From Octopus bimaculoides (taxonomy: Eukaryota): DNA of 64,000 nt. Made by a program: the position numbers and the translations under genes. The notes under the pieces were generated by a model. The model ran no database searches and had not been told where the DNA came from. It worked only from the letters and a program-made list of their open reading frames with translations. Shown piece after piece: positions 40,946 to 54,281 of this stretch (positions are counted from its first letter, which is position 1; the number at the start of each line of letters is the position of its first letter). The DNA lies in NCBI RefSeq assembly GCF_001194135.2, contig NC_068992.1, forward strand, positions 7,359,479 through 7,423,478, read 5' to 3'.

Positions 40946-41362
40946 AGGGTACATACATATTCATGCATACATGTATCCATGCATACACATGCACATAGAT
41001 ATGACAATATATTTATATATATATATACATATATACACACATGTACGCATACACACACACAAATATATATAAGGACTATTTATAAATATACAATACATAC
41101 AAATATACTCGTACATACACCTTACACATACAGATAGATGGACAAACCTACATATATATATTTATATGTTTATTTATTTATGTATTTATTTATTATTAAC
41201 AATTATTTTTGTTAACCCTGATATTATCCTGTTGTTATTTTTCTTATGCTCTTGTCATTATTTGTGAATTATTTTTCTCCAAATTATATTTTACCTTGTT
41301 CTCAGCCCAATTCACATCTAATTATTTGCTTTTTTTTTCTTTTCTCGCATCTGCATGCACAG

Positions 41363-41386
41363 CTACAACCAACAATATCCGACGCG
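41363..41386 (+). CDS. 24-nt microexon of the same Ig gene (A-TTNNIRR-G)
   Basis: Long T-rich tract with a ctaat branch-like site, then tttctttctcgcatctgcatgcacag|CTACAACCAACAATATCCGACGCG|gtaagc. Phase 1-1 matches the Ig exon donor, giving ...EVLN-A-TTNNIRR-G. This resembles the VLNA-x-x-N-x-x-(K/R)R-G linker I recall after Ig2 in this family. Confidence 0.75.
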
Positions 41387-41645
41387 GTAAGCAAAACCTT
41401 TTCTGTTTCTTTGCATCTCATTTTCATTTGTTTTTATTTTTATTTTCATCTTTATTTTTGGCATGGGAGTTGTTTAATTCATTTATATATTGTTTCTTTT
41501 TTGTTTGCATTGAAATTTTACCTCAGTTAACCCCCTTTGTAAATTTTGGTATTTTTTTTTTTTATATTCCCCTAAAATATTTAAGTTATAAAATTGCTTC
41601 TTAAAATGGGGGAGGTTGAAAGCATTTTCAATTAACAACTACATT

Positions 41646-41687
<42 letters not shown>

Positions 41688-41799
41688 TATATATATATGT
41701 ATATAAACATACACACATAGTGTGTGTATAGAATGTTTTTATATATATTATATATGTATATGTACACGTATGTATGTATGTATGTTTATATAGTTTTGC

Positions 41800-42415
41800 C
41801 ATACATCATCCTGTAATGAACCTGGACTAATCATCAATGATGGCCACTGAGGTCATTAGACATTTTGGGTCTTTCAACATGACCCTTTTTCACTTGAATG
41901 ACCCAGCTGGGATTGATCAAGCCCAAGCTTGTGTCCTGTCAGCACTAAGCTTGGTAGCCCCTTTCCTTCACCACCAGGGCTGGCACCTCATGATCCACAG
42001 CCACCTTGAGGCAACCTCTGCCTTCCAATGACTGGCCCCTGTGATACCCAGCATGTTGTAGGCTCTGCAGAGAGATCAGCCTGCAAACTTTGAGTATCCC
42101 ACCTTAATGGGATCACACCTTGCATGCTCTGGCATAGCTCTACCAGCTCAGCATATTACGTTTATTTTCTCTCATTTACCTCCTTAATTCGGGTCTCCCA
42201 GAGAATGAAGAATTCTAATAGAATCATGTGCTTGGACGCTTCCAAGATCAGCACCATTTCCAACCTTTGTGATGATGCTGCAGTAACAGTTTCTGGAAAC
42301 TTCAGCTAATTCCCCAGAGTGATTTCCAGCTTCCAGGTTTTTACTGCTGCGTGTAGGCCTGGGGAAACAAACTTGGCAGCTGGTACTGTTGTCGCACCAT
42401 CGCGACAAAGGTGCT
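41800..42415 (-). mobile_element. 3' fragment of a HERO-like non-LTR retrotransposon (restriction-like endonuclease domain plus 3' UTR), decayed
   Basis: Minus strand reads LKFPETVTAASSQRLEMVLILEASKHMILLEFFILWETRIKEVNERK*T*YAELVELCQ, then after a frameshift KVGYSKFAG*SLCRAYNMLGITGAS...ASRWLWIMRCQPW. This matches the recalled RLE C-terminus LKFP...RPDIV...ELTVPWE...EVGCRGF...RWLW. The PD catalytic motif is mutated. Confidence 0.72.
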
Positions 42416-42419
42416 ACGT

Positions 42420-42553
42420 ATATAAATGCAGAGATACACACATATATATATTTACATATACATGTATATGTGCATTTGTGTATCTATGTGTGTGTGTGTC
42501 TTTCTCTCTATATGTATATATGTTTGTGTGTATATATACATATTGTGTGTGTA

Positions 42554-42612
<59 letters not shown>

Positions 42613-42707
42613 TGTATATATATGGATATACATGCATGTATACATATATTGTGTCTGTGTGTATATATATGTATGAATATTTCTTGTATATATCTATGTC
42701 TATATAT

Positions 42708-42740
<33 letters not shown>

Positions 42741-42756
42741 ATTATATATAATTATA

Positions 42757-42791
<35 letters not shown>

Positions 42792-42900
42792 CATACATAC
42801 ATATGTTAGATTATACAGATTGCAGATATGTATATATGTATATGTATGTATATATATATGCATATATACCTACACACCCACAAATATATAAGTATGTATA
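42420..42900. repeat. Long degenerate (TA)/(TG) microsatellite field
   Basis: Read directly; it is the source of several spurious ORFs. Confidence 0.9.
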
Positions 42901-43221
42901 ATAAATATGTGTATGCTTGTGTGTCTGTGTGTATATTTTTATTATGAATATATCTTCTAGAACGATAAGAGCTTTTCAAGTCTCACAGCTTTCATGAAAG
43001 CTAGATGATTTTTATATCTGTACTCTACAGACATCGTGGGAAATGAAACTTCAGTTTCATCATGAGATTTATATTTAAATTTTATATCATTTATATATCA
43101 TTTATATGCTCTACATTCTAAAATATGTTGAGTTCTATTTTTTTTTTTTTTGTTAGAAAATTGTGTTTGTGTGCATATATATAAAGATCTTTTATAGATT
43201 AAGTTTGCCATATCTCTCCTT

Positions 43222-43333
<112 letters not shown>

Positions 43334-44512
43334 AATCTATCCATTCAAGCAACTTATTGTAATTTAATGATGATAATACAAATTGCAAAATGAAACACAT
43401 TCTTAATTTGGAAACAGTGGTGATTGAAATTATTTTATGTAAATTGATAATTCCCTTTACAAAGAAAATTTTCAATCATCACCATTTTCTAATTTATGCA
43501 GAATTCACAGATGTTTACATATTTACCACAATGAAATCACAGTTCCTAAATTTTACAGAAAAATGGGTGGGTTTGTTGGTCAGCACATTTACCATGAAAA
43601 GAAGGGGTGTGGGTTTGATTCCTACACATATTGATACCCTTCTTTTTTCATGATGGGGATTTGCCCTTTTACTACACTAGTCATTATACAGTGAGGGCTT
43701 TTAATTCTGTTTACAAAAGAACTTTTCAGTTGCCACTATTTCCTAGTTCATACAGGATTTGCACATGTTTGCATATTTTCAATTTATTTTCAGGCATTTT
43801 TTTTTATAGATATAATATTCTAATTATGAGACAATAAATGTAATCATAAGAAAATACTTATTCAGAAAATAAAAGAATTCATTTTTATCCATGATTATAT
43901 GCAATATCTCAAAAATATCCAATGATGTCTCTATTTACATAGTTCATCACACCAGTTCAAATTCTTTTTGTAGAATTAAAACTATTTATGTTCTTTGGCT
44001 TAAGGGGAGCTGCATTTTGTAAAAGATACTTTTATGACACAACATTTTTTGTAACCAACATGTATTAAACATAAACAGCAACACATATATATGGCCTCCT
44101 CTTTCATTTTTATGTAACAGACAATGCAGAAAATCTTTTAACTTTACATTGCTTGTAGTTTTGGGAATCAGTGCTTTAGTGTTAGCTACAATTATTTCTA
44201 ATTTGAGCACAAGACTGAGGAGAAAGACAGTTTATTCCATTAGGTCCAGTACTATATTGGTTCTTTACTTTATTGACCCTGGTGGGATGAAAGGTAAAAT
44301 TGACCTCAGCAGGATTTGAACTCAAAACATAAAGAGCCATGACAAATACAACAAGGAACTTTTTCAGATGCTCTGCTGATTCTACCAAACTACCAATCTT
44401 TTGTTTGTTACAGTAAAATTCTTTCTAAGATGACTTTCGTTTTCCTCCCTCAGTGCATAGGAATTTAGTGTCCTAAATATCCATTATAATTGTTAGTAAT
44501 TGAATACAATGA

Positions 44513-44566
<54 letters not shown>

Positions 44567-45183
44567 CCCCAGAGCAGGTTTTAACTGATTTTAATCTTTA
44601 TTCATTAACAAATGACCATTGATCAAATTCACAAGTTTGTATTTACTGAGTTGCCGTTTGAAGACTAAGCAATTTAATGTATCAGTCCTAAGTATTATTA
44701 TGTCTGCAAATATAACACATAATTATTTTTGCCAATTTCTTTGCAAAATGTTATATTTCAACAAATATTCTGCTTTTGTTTGGTTTTTCTTCTTATTTTT
44801 TTTTTCAACTAATAATTTTTTTACCAATTTCTTTCAACAAGTTTGTTTTTCTAGGAATATGTTTTTCTACAAATATAACTTTGACAAATTATGTTTCTTC
44901 TAATAATTATTTTGATAAATGTTCTCAACGAACATACCGAGAATCATATCAGTATATTTGTGTGTGTGCATACAGACATATGTGTGTGTGGATGTAGATG
45001 TGCATGTGTGTATATGTGTGTGTGGGTGTATGTGTGCGTGTCAGTGTGTATTTATGAATAAAGTGTGTGTGTGTGTGTATATATTTATGTATAAAGTGTA
45101 CATATGTATATATATATTTGTATATATCTATATATATGTATATGTATATAAGTATATGTATATAAGTATATGTATATGTGTGT

Positions 45184-45415
45184 GGAGATGTGTGGTTTAT
45201 TGGTTGGTGTATTGTACTCATGATGGTAAGATTGTGACTTTGATTCCTGGACAAAGTGCTGCATTATATTCTTGACCAAAACACTTCATTTCACATGGCT
45301 CCTCTCCATGCAGCAAAAATGAGTGTTCCTGCAATAGGCTGGTATCCAACCCAGAGAAGAAATAACACCACACAGTCCAAGAAACCAGCTTTAGGAGCTT
45401 AATGCTTGCAAAAGA
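45184..45415 (+). mobile_element. Diverged SINE family C copy
   Basis: catgatggtaagattgtgactttgattcctggac...aaaacacttcatttcac...gcaaaaatgagt. Confidence 0.7.
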
Positions 45416-45478
45416 CCTTTGATCCTCTTTTTTTATATATAATATAATCATATATATATGTGTGTATTTATATGTATA

Positions 45479-45510
<32 letters not shown>

Positions 45511-47337
45511 NNNNNNNNNNNNNNNNNNNNNNNNNNNNNNNNNNNNNNNNNNNNNNNNNNNNNNNNNNNNNNNNNNNNNNNNNNNNNNNNNNNNNNNNNN
45601 NNNNNNNNNNNNNNNNNNNNNNNNNNNNNNNNNNNNNNNNNNNNNNNNNNNNNNNNNNNNNNNNNNNNNNNNNNNNNNNNNNNNNNNNNNNNNNNNNNNN
45701 NNNNNNNNNNNNNNNNNNNNNNNNNNNNNNNNNNNNNNNNNNNNNNNNNNNNNNNNNNNNNNNNNNNNNNNNNNNNNNNNNNNNNNNNNNNNNNNNNNNN
45801 NNNNNNNNNNNNNNNNNNNNNNNNNNNNNNNNNNNNNNNNNNNNNNNNNNNNNNNNNNNNNNNNNNNNNNNNNNNNNNNNNNNNNNNNNNNNNNNNNNNN
45901 NNNNNNNNNNNNNNNNNNNNNNNNNNNNNNNNNNNNNNNNNNNNNNNNNNNNNNNNNNNNNNNNNNNNNNNNNNNNATATATATATATATATACGTATAT
46001 ATATAATACAAACATATATACCCACACACACACATACATACATCTATCTACATAACAGCCCACTAACTATTCTACTCTACCTGTGTAAACTGTGGGTGTG
46101 GAGGTATAATATCTACTATGTATATTTCCTGTTTAGTATTGGGAAAGTTTCATTTATAAGGATGTACTCCCGTATTTATCTGAGTGTTGGGTCTTTTGGG
46201 TGCTTGGATAAGATGCAGATGTCAAGTTGACCCAAGTTTCCTCCATGGTGGTCTTTGGCATGTTGATAGCGTATGGAGGACTGTTTTTTGTCATCATATT
46301 GTCCACACATATGGAGATGCACATCCATACATACAAACATGGTACATAGTTTCAAAACTCACACACACACAGACATGCACACACAATGAGACAGAGGTGC
46401 ATACATATACAAACATACGCTCACACACACATACATAAAAAATACACAAACATGGACTATCATTCAACCAAAATATTCAGTGGCCAAAAGCATATATTTC
46501 TTGTAACAGTATCATATGAGTTTATATTTTTTATTAATATATACCCTGATAAATTTATTTGCTACAACTAGTCAAATTCTATCAGCTTGAAAGAAAAATG
46601 CACAACGGATAATGTAGTTCTTAAAAATAACACAAGATGATCATAATTGGAATGCTTTTGATCATAAGCCTGTTCAGTGAGGGCCAGCCTTGGGCTAAAC
46701 AATATTGACTATATTCATTTGTTCAGAGATATTTACAATGTCAATTCCTAGCTTACTTAAACCGGTTGCTAACAAAAGATGCTTACTCAATGTTGTACCA
46801 TAGAAAAAGAAAAACAAGAAAAATAGCTGAAGAATCCAATTATTGGTTGTCTCTTTCCAAGCTACTTGTTGTTACTTTATATTTATATATGCCTGAGATT
46901 ATTCGCTGCCATCTTCAATTCTTGGCAAAATAGACAGTGAAGGATGTCCATTGAAGGATGGTAAATATTATATATAATGAAGGATGGTAATATTTATGTA
47001 TAATGAATATTATGCATAATGAGGCATTTCTAGTTTTGACATTTATCTTCCTCAGTTTTTGGTGTTGTACAACAAATTATACGGACTCATCATCATTGTC
47101 ATCATCATTTTAATATCCCCCCCCCCATTTCCATGCTTGCTTTGGTCAAGCAGAATTCCATGAGGCAGATTTTTCCACAGTTGGATGCCCTTCCTGTCAC
47201 CAACCCTCACCTGTTTCCATATAAGGTAATATTTTTCCTTTGACTGAATAATAATGTTTTAGAGGAAGATTGGAAATGAAGGGCACTGCTTGTATGATGA
47301 TAACATTTATTTACAACTTCATGCGATGTCAAGACAA

Positions 47338-47426
<89 letters not shown>

Positions 47427-48119
47427 TGCACATACACAGATATACAATTAGCTTCTTTCAGTTTCTGTCTACTAAATTCACTTGCAACACTTTGGTCAGC
47501 TTAGGGCTTTAGTAGAAGACATTTGACAAACTTGCCACAGAGTGCGACTGAAACTCAAATAAGAGGTGTAAATTGGTGTGGCATGAGAAATAACAATGAG
47601 CAGATGACCCCCAACTTCTTTTCACCTCTTAGTTTTATATTTCCTACTCAGTTCATAGTAACATGTGGCCATTATTATCGTACCACTTCTAGTCCCCTTT
47701 TTCTTATATGAAATGTGTGTTTGATTTCCAGTAAAAATAAGGCGTTAATTGTTCAGATACAACTGGACTAACTTTCAAAAACATCACATGATGTTATGTT
47801 CCTACTTGTAATTATTTTTTTCTTATAATTATTCCTTCATATTATTATTATTATTATTATTATTCAGTACTCTTATTTTTATTATGCGCATTCAGTATAC
47901 TATTGAATACAACACTGTATGCCTTGGCTACGTGTAGTGACTTGTTTTGGTTTTGTAATTTCTATTATATTAACAGTACCATGTGTGTGGTGTCTAATAG
48001 TATTGTTTTCTGTATGTTGTTCACATTAGTAAATCCTTTGGTTTTGCTTATATATTTGTCTGCATGTTTTTTAATCATTCTAAAAGCATGTCTACAGGTT
48101 GTTTTGTTTACAGTTTTCA

Positions 48120-48350
48120 TTATTTACACTTGACGAATATTTGTCCTCACCTTGTTTGTTGTTAACACAATGTTTCGGCTGATATACCCTCCAGCCTTCA
48201 TCAGGTGTCTTGGGCAAATTTCGAACCTGGGTTCTCATTCCTAAGGTATTTTTTGATGTTGTTGTTATTGTTCAGGTCACTGTCTGGAATCGAACTCAGA
48301 ATCTTGGGGTTAGTAGCCCACGCTCTTAAGCACTACACCATATACCCATG
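48120..48350 (-). mobile_element. tRNA-headed SINE with hammerhead-containing 3' module, copy 2
   Basis: Same head and body as copy 1. The motif GACAC-CTGATGA-A-GGCTG-gagggtatat-CAGCC-GAAAC-ATT-GTGTT is at 48164-48209. Confidence 0.85.
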
Positions 48351-48686
48351 GGCATTATAGAAAAGTGGACATTAAATGATGATGATGTAAGATATGAGCA
48401 GAGATACTTAATAAGATTCTGACGAAGCTGTAAAAATATCTAATTGGCTCAGTGAAGTAAAAAAAAAAAAATACAAAAGCAAAAAAAAAACGTTAACCTT
48501 TTTTTTTATTATATTTCTGTTGAAATATATTATTGTTGTTTTAATTCAATTTTATAAATTAGTAAAATACATCGTCATTATGAAGGTGGTATTTGAAACA
48601 TAACATGAAATGTTGATGGATGGTTTCAAAGCACACTTTAAAACAAGATCTGTACATCATACAACCAGGAGCAGTGTCAGGTGAGT

Positions 48687-48975
48687 TGGCATAGTAGTTA
48701 AGAGCACGGGCTACTAACCCCAAGATTCCAAGTTCGATTCCAGGCAATGACCTGAATAATAATAATAATGATGATGATGATGATGATGATGATAATAACA
48801 ACAACAACATTGAAAAATACCTTAGGAATGAGAACTCAGTTTCGAAATTTCCCCCAAGACACCTGAAGAAGGCTGGAGGGTATATCAGCCAAAACGTTGT
48901 GTTAACAACAAACAAGATGAGGACAAATATCCATCAAATGTACATAATTCCTCATCTCTTAGATATAGAAATGTA
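48687..48975 (+). mobile_element. tRNA-headed SINE with hammerhead-containing 3' module, copy 3
   Basis: TGGCATAGTAGTTAAGAGC, AAGTTCGATTCC, (AAT/GAT/AAC)n, then GACAC-CTGAAGA-A-GGCTG-gagggtatat-CAGCC-AAAAC-GTT-GTGTT at 48858-48903. Confidence 0.85.
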
Positions 48976-49816
48976 TTACAGTTTTCTTGTTCTGATGTTC
49001 TCTATTTTCAGATATTGATGTTTACATAATTTCTCCATCTCTTTTAGAGATACATTATTATTTGTTCAGGTAACACTTCCATTAGGAGGTACCTTGTTTC
49101 CTAGTTGTCATTGATAGCAATATTTGGCTAATCATTCTTGTTCTTCCTGCCTGAATGGATTGGCATACCCCAAAGTATGGTTGCTTTGTCATTCTTTAAG
49201 ACTCATTCCAACGTATATTCACACCACTTCTTTTCTGCTGCTGTTTCATTATGCCAGCATAACTCCGACAGAATAAAGAATCTTTCAGTTTTGAGTCCTT
49301 CTTAACCAGTATTATGATTTTCCTTTGTTTATTTCCTCCTTGTTCAGTTTCTCTTCTCAGGCATTACTCATCTAGGGGCTTTTTTCTGTTTTTTGCTATC
49401 ACTTAAGCATAACATCCTCTGGACCATTTTCCTAACTTAAGTTTTTCACAACTTCTGTTACTCTTTTTCCTTTCTTCTCACAACTACCTATTATTTCAGC
49501 CTCTATTTTGTACTTGTTTGCTATTTTGAAAATGGAAAACCAATTTTTTTTTTATATATTTTGTTGTGCTTGCACCTATATAAAATGTAACAAAACCTAC
49601 AGTTGATCAGTAATTGATTTTGACAGCCATATGAATCTTTGCAGCAACCTTTCTGCACTTTTAGAAACAAGTTGGATTTCTTTTTGGTTTGTTTCCTTTG
49701 CTAGATTTTTAGTTATTCTCTTTGATATTATTACAGTTAAAGCTTTGTAAGTAGTAGAATGATAGCTTATAGGTCTGTAAGTTTTAGATTTTATTTGTTT
49801 CTTTTAGTTTTACAAA

Positions 49817-50029
49817 TTAACCCTTTCCATACCAACTCACCTGACACTGCTCCTGGTTGTATGATGTACAGATCTTGTCTTAAAGTGCGCTTTAAAACCT
49901 TCCATCAAAATTTCATGTTGTTTCAAATACCACCTTCATAATGGTGATGTATTTTACTAATTTATAAAATTGAATTAAAACAACAATAATGTATTTCAAC
50001 AGAAATATAGTAAAAAAAAAAAAGGTTAA
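49817..50029 (+). mobile_element. TTAA-flanked MITE (piggyBac-like ends)
   Basis: Begins TTAA-CCCTTT (49817) and ends AAAGG-TTAA (50029), with no ORF. Confidence 0.6.
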
Positions 50030-50326
50030 TTTTTTTTTTTGCTTTTGTCATTCTTTTTTTTACTTCACTGAGCCAATTAGATATTTTTACAGCTTCATCA
50101 GTATCTTATTAAGTATCTCTGCTCATATCTTACATCATCATCATTTAATGTCCACTTTTCCATACTTGCGAATGAGACAGAATTTGCTGAAGCAGATTCC
50201 CAACAGCTGGATGCCTTTCCTGTTGCCAATCCTGACCTGTTTCCAAGGCCAGATATGTTTCATACAGAAAACTGGAAATGAACAATATTACTTGTATGAT
50301 GCACATTTACAACCATCAAGACAAGG

Positions 50327-50391
<65 letters not shown>

Positions 50392-51339
50392 NNNNNNNNN
50401 NNNNNNNNNNNNNNNNNNNNNNNNNNNNNNNNNNNNNNNNNNNNNNNNNNNNNNNNNNNNNNNNNNNNNNNNNNNNNNNNNNNNNNNNNNNNNNNNNNNN
50501 NNNNNNNNNNNNNNNNNNNNNNNNNNNNNNNNNNNNNNNNNNNNNNNNNNNNNNNNNNNNNNNNNNNNNNNNNNNNNNNNNNNNNNNNNNNNNNNNNNNN
50601 NNNNNNNNNNNNNNNNCCACCCACAATTGTTCAGATAATGTTTGTTATTTTGAGCAAATACTGTCTATCACAATTACTTCACTCTCCATAAATCTATCTC
50701 TCTAGAATTCCTCTATTTTGCTTGCCATTAGTGCTGTGATGATTTCTATTTTGTTTTTACCTAGTTCTTGATAAAAATTGTTTGAAACTGGATTCTAACT
50801 GTTCAAAGAAGCACTGCCACTTTTCAAACTACCAGATTCTTTGTGATTTAGCAATTTTTTTTAGTTTTATTTATTCCTTTGTTTTATTTTTTTGTATGGG
50901 GTGTCATTCTTTCATTGTTATTTCTGTTGTATTTCTCTTGTCTTCTTTCTCTTTTTTTCTCTTAATTCTTATCCATTTCTGTATGTTTCTTTTCCATGTT
51001 GTTTGTTTTGATTTGGATTTTGCTGTATTACTTTAGTACCCAATTACCTTTCTAATTTACAGTGGCTGCTGTATATTCTTAAACCTTTCTTTTTTTTATT
51101 CTTTTTTATCCATATTATTGTTGGTGCTGTTCGATCTCATTTTTGTTGGTCAGTATTATATAGGGTTAGTATTTGTCTTATTTCTTTGTTTTCTGTGTTC
51201 TAGTTCTGTCTTCATGATTTATGTCTTAAATGTTTATTATTTTTGTTGTTTGTTTTCTGTTTTGTAAATTGTGTTTCCATTTTGTATTCTTTCTTTTCAA
51301 GTGTTCTGTTTCACTTTCTGACAGATATTTGGCTTTCAG

Positions 51340-51375
<36 letters not shown>

Positions 51376-51384
51376 GTTATTGCT

Positions 51385-51795
51385 CTGACCTAGCAGAATC
51401 ATTATCACTTGAGACAAAATACTTAGTGGCATTTCTACCAGTTCTTTACATTATGAGTTCAAATTCCACTGAGGGTTGACTTTACCTTTTGCCCTTTTTG
51501 GGGTCAATAAAATATAGTACCAGCTAAGAACTAGGGAACCAACATAACTGACTAACCCACCTCACCCTGAAATTGCTGGCCTTGTGCCAAAATTTGAAAC
51601 CATTAAGGTGACAAGCTGACAGAATTGTTAGCACACCTGATAAAATGCTTTGTGGTATTTCTTAAGCCAAGAATGACTTTTCCTTTCATCCTTTCAGGAT
51701 TGACAAAATATGTATCGGTTAAGCACTGGGGTCAAAGTAATTGACTAGTTCCCTCCCCCAAAATTTCAGACCTTCTGCCTAGAGTAGAAAGAATT
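51385..51795 (+). mobile_element. Two adjacent diverged family A SINE copies
   Basis: Both contain tagcagaat/gacagaat, cctttt(c)atcctttt, ggggtcaa and ggccttgtgcc/gaccttctgcc blocks. Confidence 0.7.
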
Positions 51796-52105
51796 ATTAT
51801 CATTATCATTTTCATTAGCATCTTCTTTCAATTCTGTTTCCATCTCTTGCCGAGTGTCTTCCTGACACCTAGGTTAGAGAAATGTACTGTGTACATTGGT
51901 AGGCCATTAAAACAAGCACACCAGATAGTTCATTTACAGAGTCATGTAATAAAGAAAAAGGGGAAGTGAGAAAGAAAGAAAAAATAGAAAAGTAAACCAA
52001 TAAAATAAAGTGGGAAAAATGGAAAGAAAATTCACATCAACGATGCTCTTCTCAATACGTGTGACATACCAGTTAAGACAATCTTTTGCACTTCCTGCAT
52101 GGACT

Positions 52106-52137
<32 letters not shown>

Positions 52138-53498
52138 TCTTTGCTCAGTTTTATAGAAACTTTCACTCTAAAAGGAGGAGTTTGCACATGGATTTCATTT
52201 CTTTCCTACCCATTTCATCTTACATTTTACCTGAGATCTTCTCCTAATACTTTTTGCAATAGTTTATCTATTCTCAATAAAATATTTTCCCAAAGTGCTC
52301 CATACTTCAGCAACTCTCTAATATACCATTCCTTGGGAGCCTAACATTACTGGAATTGCATTTATCTTCTTTAGTGAACATATATGTGAAATGTCTTATT
52401 TGAAGTCCTCATATTTCTGGACTTTTTTTCATTTTTCTTGAAATCCAATTCTAGCATTCCCAAATTTTATTAAATTAATGAATTTTACCTACTCTTAACT
52501 GATTGTCAACTATAGTTGTATTTGGTCAACTTGTCTCTGTCATATAGCTATATTAGGATGCAGAAATGAAATAAAAATGTATATATTGATACATTTAGAC
52601 TCAATTATATCCAAAAGCCAGATACTCTAACCACTATCTTGTTCTTTCAAATTACCCTGACCACAAAATTCTCAATGGACAAATCTGCACAACATTGTTA
52701 TGTCTTCTTTTCAATTCTCTCTCGACCACTTTACTACATTCACTTAGCAAATCTGCTACGTTTTTATTTCTTTTCATATATTCTTCATAATGATGACTTA
52801 GCTACCTCATCTCTGTGCAACTTAATATAATTTGTCCTTGAAGCTTTTCCCAGCTCTGCAAGAACAAGAATTAGTGCTTAACTTCCTTGATTGTGTGTGT
52901 GTGTGTGTGTGTTTCTCTCTTTGATTTGCATCATTTTTATCCCATTACATCAAAACAATTCTCATTATGAGCCAGTAACACAGTGTCGAAGTGATCACGT
53001 AACCTGATAGAAATAGTGGCCAGATCTCAAATCTCTTTCAAATTACAACCAACCATCTTTGAAAAAAGTGAGGGGAAAAAAACCATCCTGAAATGAAGAA
53101 CTTCTTAGATAATAAGAGTTATATGCACATTACTACTGGAAGAAATATGAGATGGTCACAGAGGAAATGCCTTTAATAGATCCACTTGATCAGAGCTGAG
53201 CTGGGACTAAACAACTACATCACTACAAATCACACAGCCTGCATACCATTACACAAGCTGGTAGAAATAGCAAGTAAGCTTTTCTCGAATCACATTCTGC
53301 CATCTTAAAAAATGGAGCAATACACTGAATCATCTTGGTGGTGGTAGACTTGTTTTGCTTTTTTATTGAGTCCACAAGACTAGAGGTTAAAGAATTAATA
53401 CTGCCAAGATGTGAATATTCTTGTTTCCCTTCATATATCAAATTTAAAGAGGAACATGAAGAGAGATTGAAAAGAAAGAGAAACTATGTGTATGTGAC

Positions 53499-53537
<39 letters not shown>

Positions 53538-53799
53538 GTGTGCATGAGAGGGGGGGGGGGGAATTAACTTTAGCATTTTGATTGATACTTTATTTATTGA
53601 CCAAAAGGGATGAAAGCAAAATTGGCTTCAGTAAAGTGTTTTAATTAAGAGCACAGAAACCTCTATGCACACTGCAGAGCTTTCCATCTGGTATCCCAGT
53701 TAGATAACTTATAGAATAATGAGAGATCTACGTATAGTGTTGCAGAAAGAAACACTTTGTTATCCTTCTTCTTCACGATGTCAAACCATTGTTTATTTT

Positions 53800-54011
53800 T
53801 CACTCTTCTCTTGGTACAGTCATTGGACTTCAGCCATGCTGGAGCACCATCTTCAAGGTTTTTAATCAAATGAATCGACCCCTGTACTTAATTTTTAAAG
53901 CCTGGTATTCTATCAATCACTTTTTGCTGAACAACAGTCATGTAAACAAACCAATATTGGCTGTCAAGCAATGGCAGGAGGAAAACACAAACACACCCAC
54001 CCACACACACA

Positions 54012-54044
<33 letters not shown>

Positions 54045-54200
54045 CAGGCTTCTTTCAGTTTCTGTCTACCAAATCCACTCTCAAGACCTTGGTTGACCTG
54101 GGGCTATAGTAGAAGATACTTGCCAAAGGTGCCATACTATGGCACTAAACCCAATACCATATGGTTGGGAAGCAAATTTCTTACCACCCAGCCATCCTTG
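53800..54200 (-). mobile_element. Diverged SINE family B copy
   Basis: cagccatgctggagcacc...ggcttctttcagtttctgtctaccaaatccactc...ctatagtagaagatacttgcc. Confidence 0.8.
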
Positions 54201-54281
54201 TGCCATGTTTAAATACCCTGATAATTATTCTATTATTCTAGTCTGCTTCCCTTTCATTATACACCCTTATATTATCAACTC

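Larger units (their letters stand above)
48361..50160. repeat. Inverted repeat, arms ~330 bp (48361-48690 and 49830-50160), roughly 90-95% identical by eye
   Basis: The reverse complement of 48361-48690 aligns to 49830-50160 from ccaactcacctgacactgctcc to catcatcatttaatgtccactttt. Confidence 0.9.

Noticed and set aside
48361-50160. Interpretation as one 1.8-kb transposon with 330-bp TIRs
   Set aside because: The arms include part of an RTE tail and a MITE end internally, and there is no TSD or transposase, so local inverted duplication fits better.
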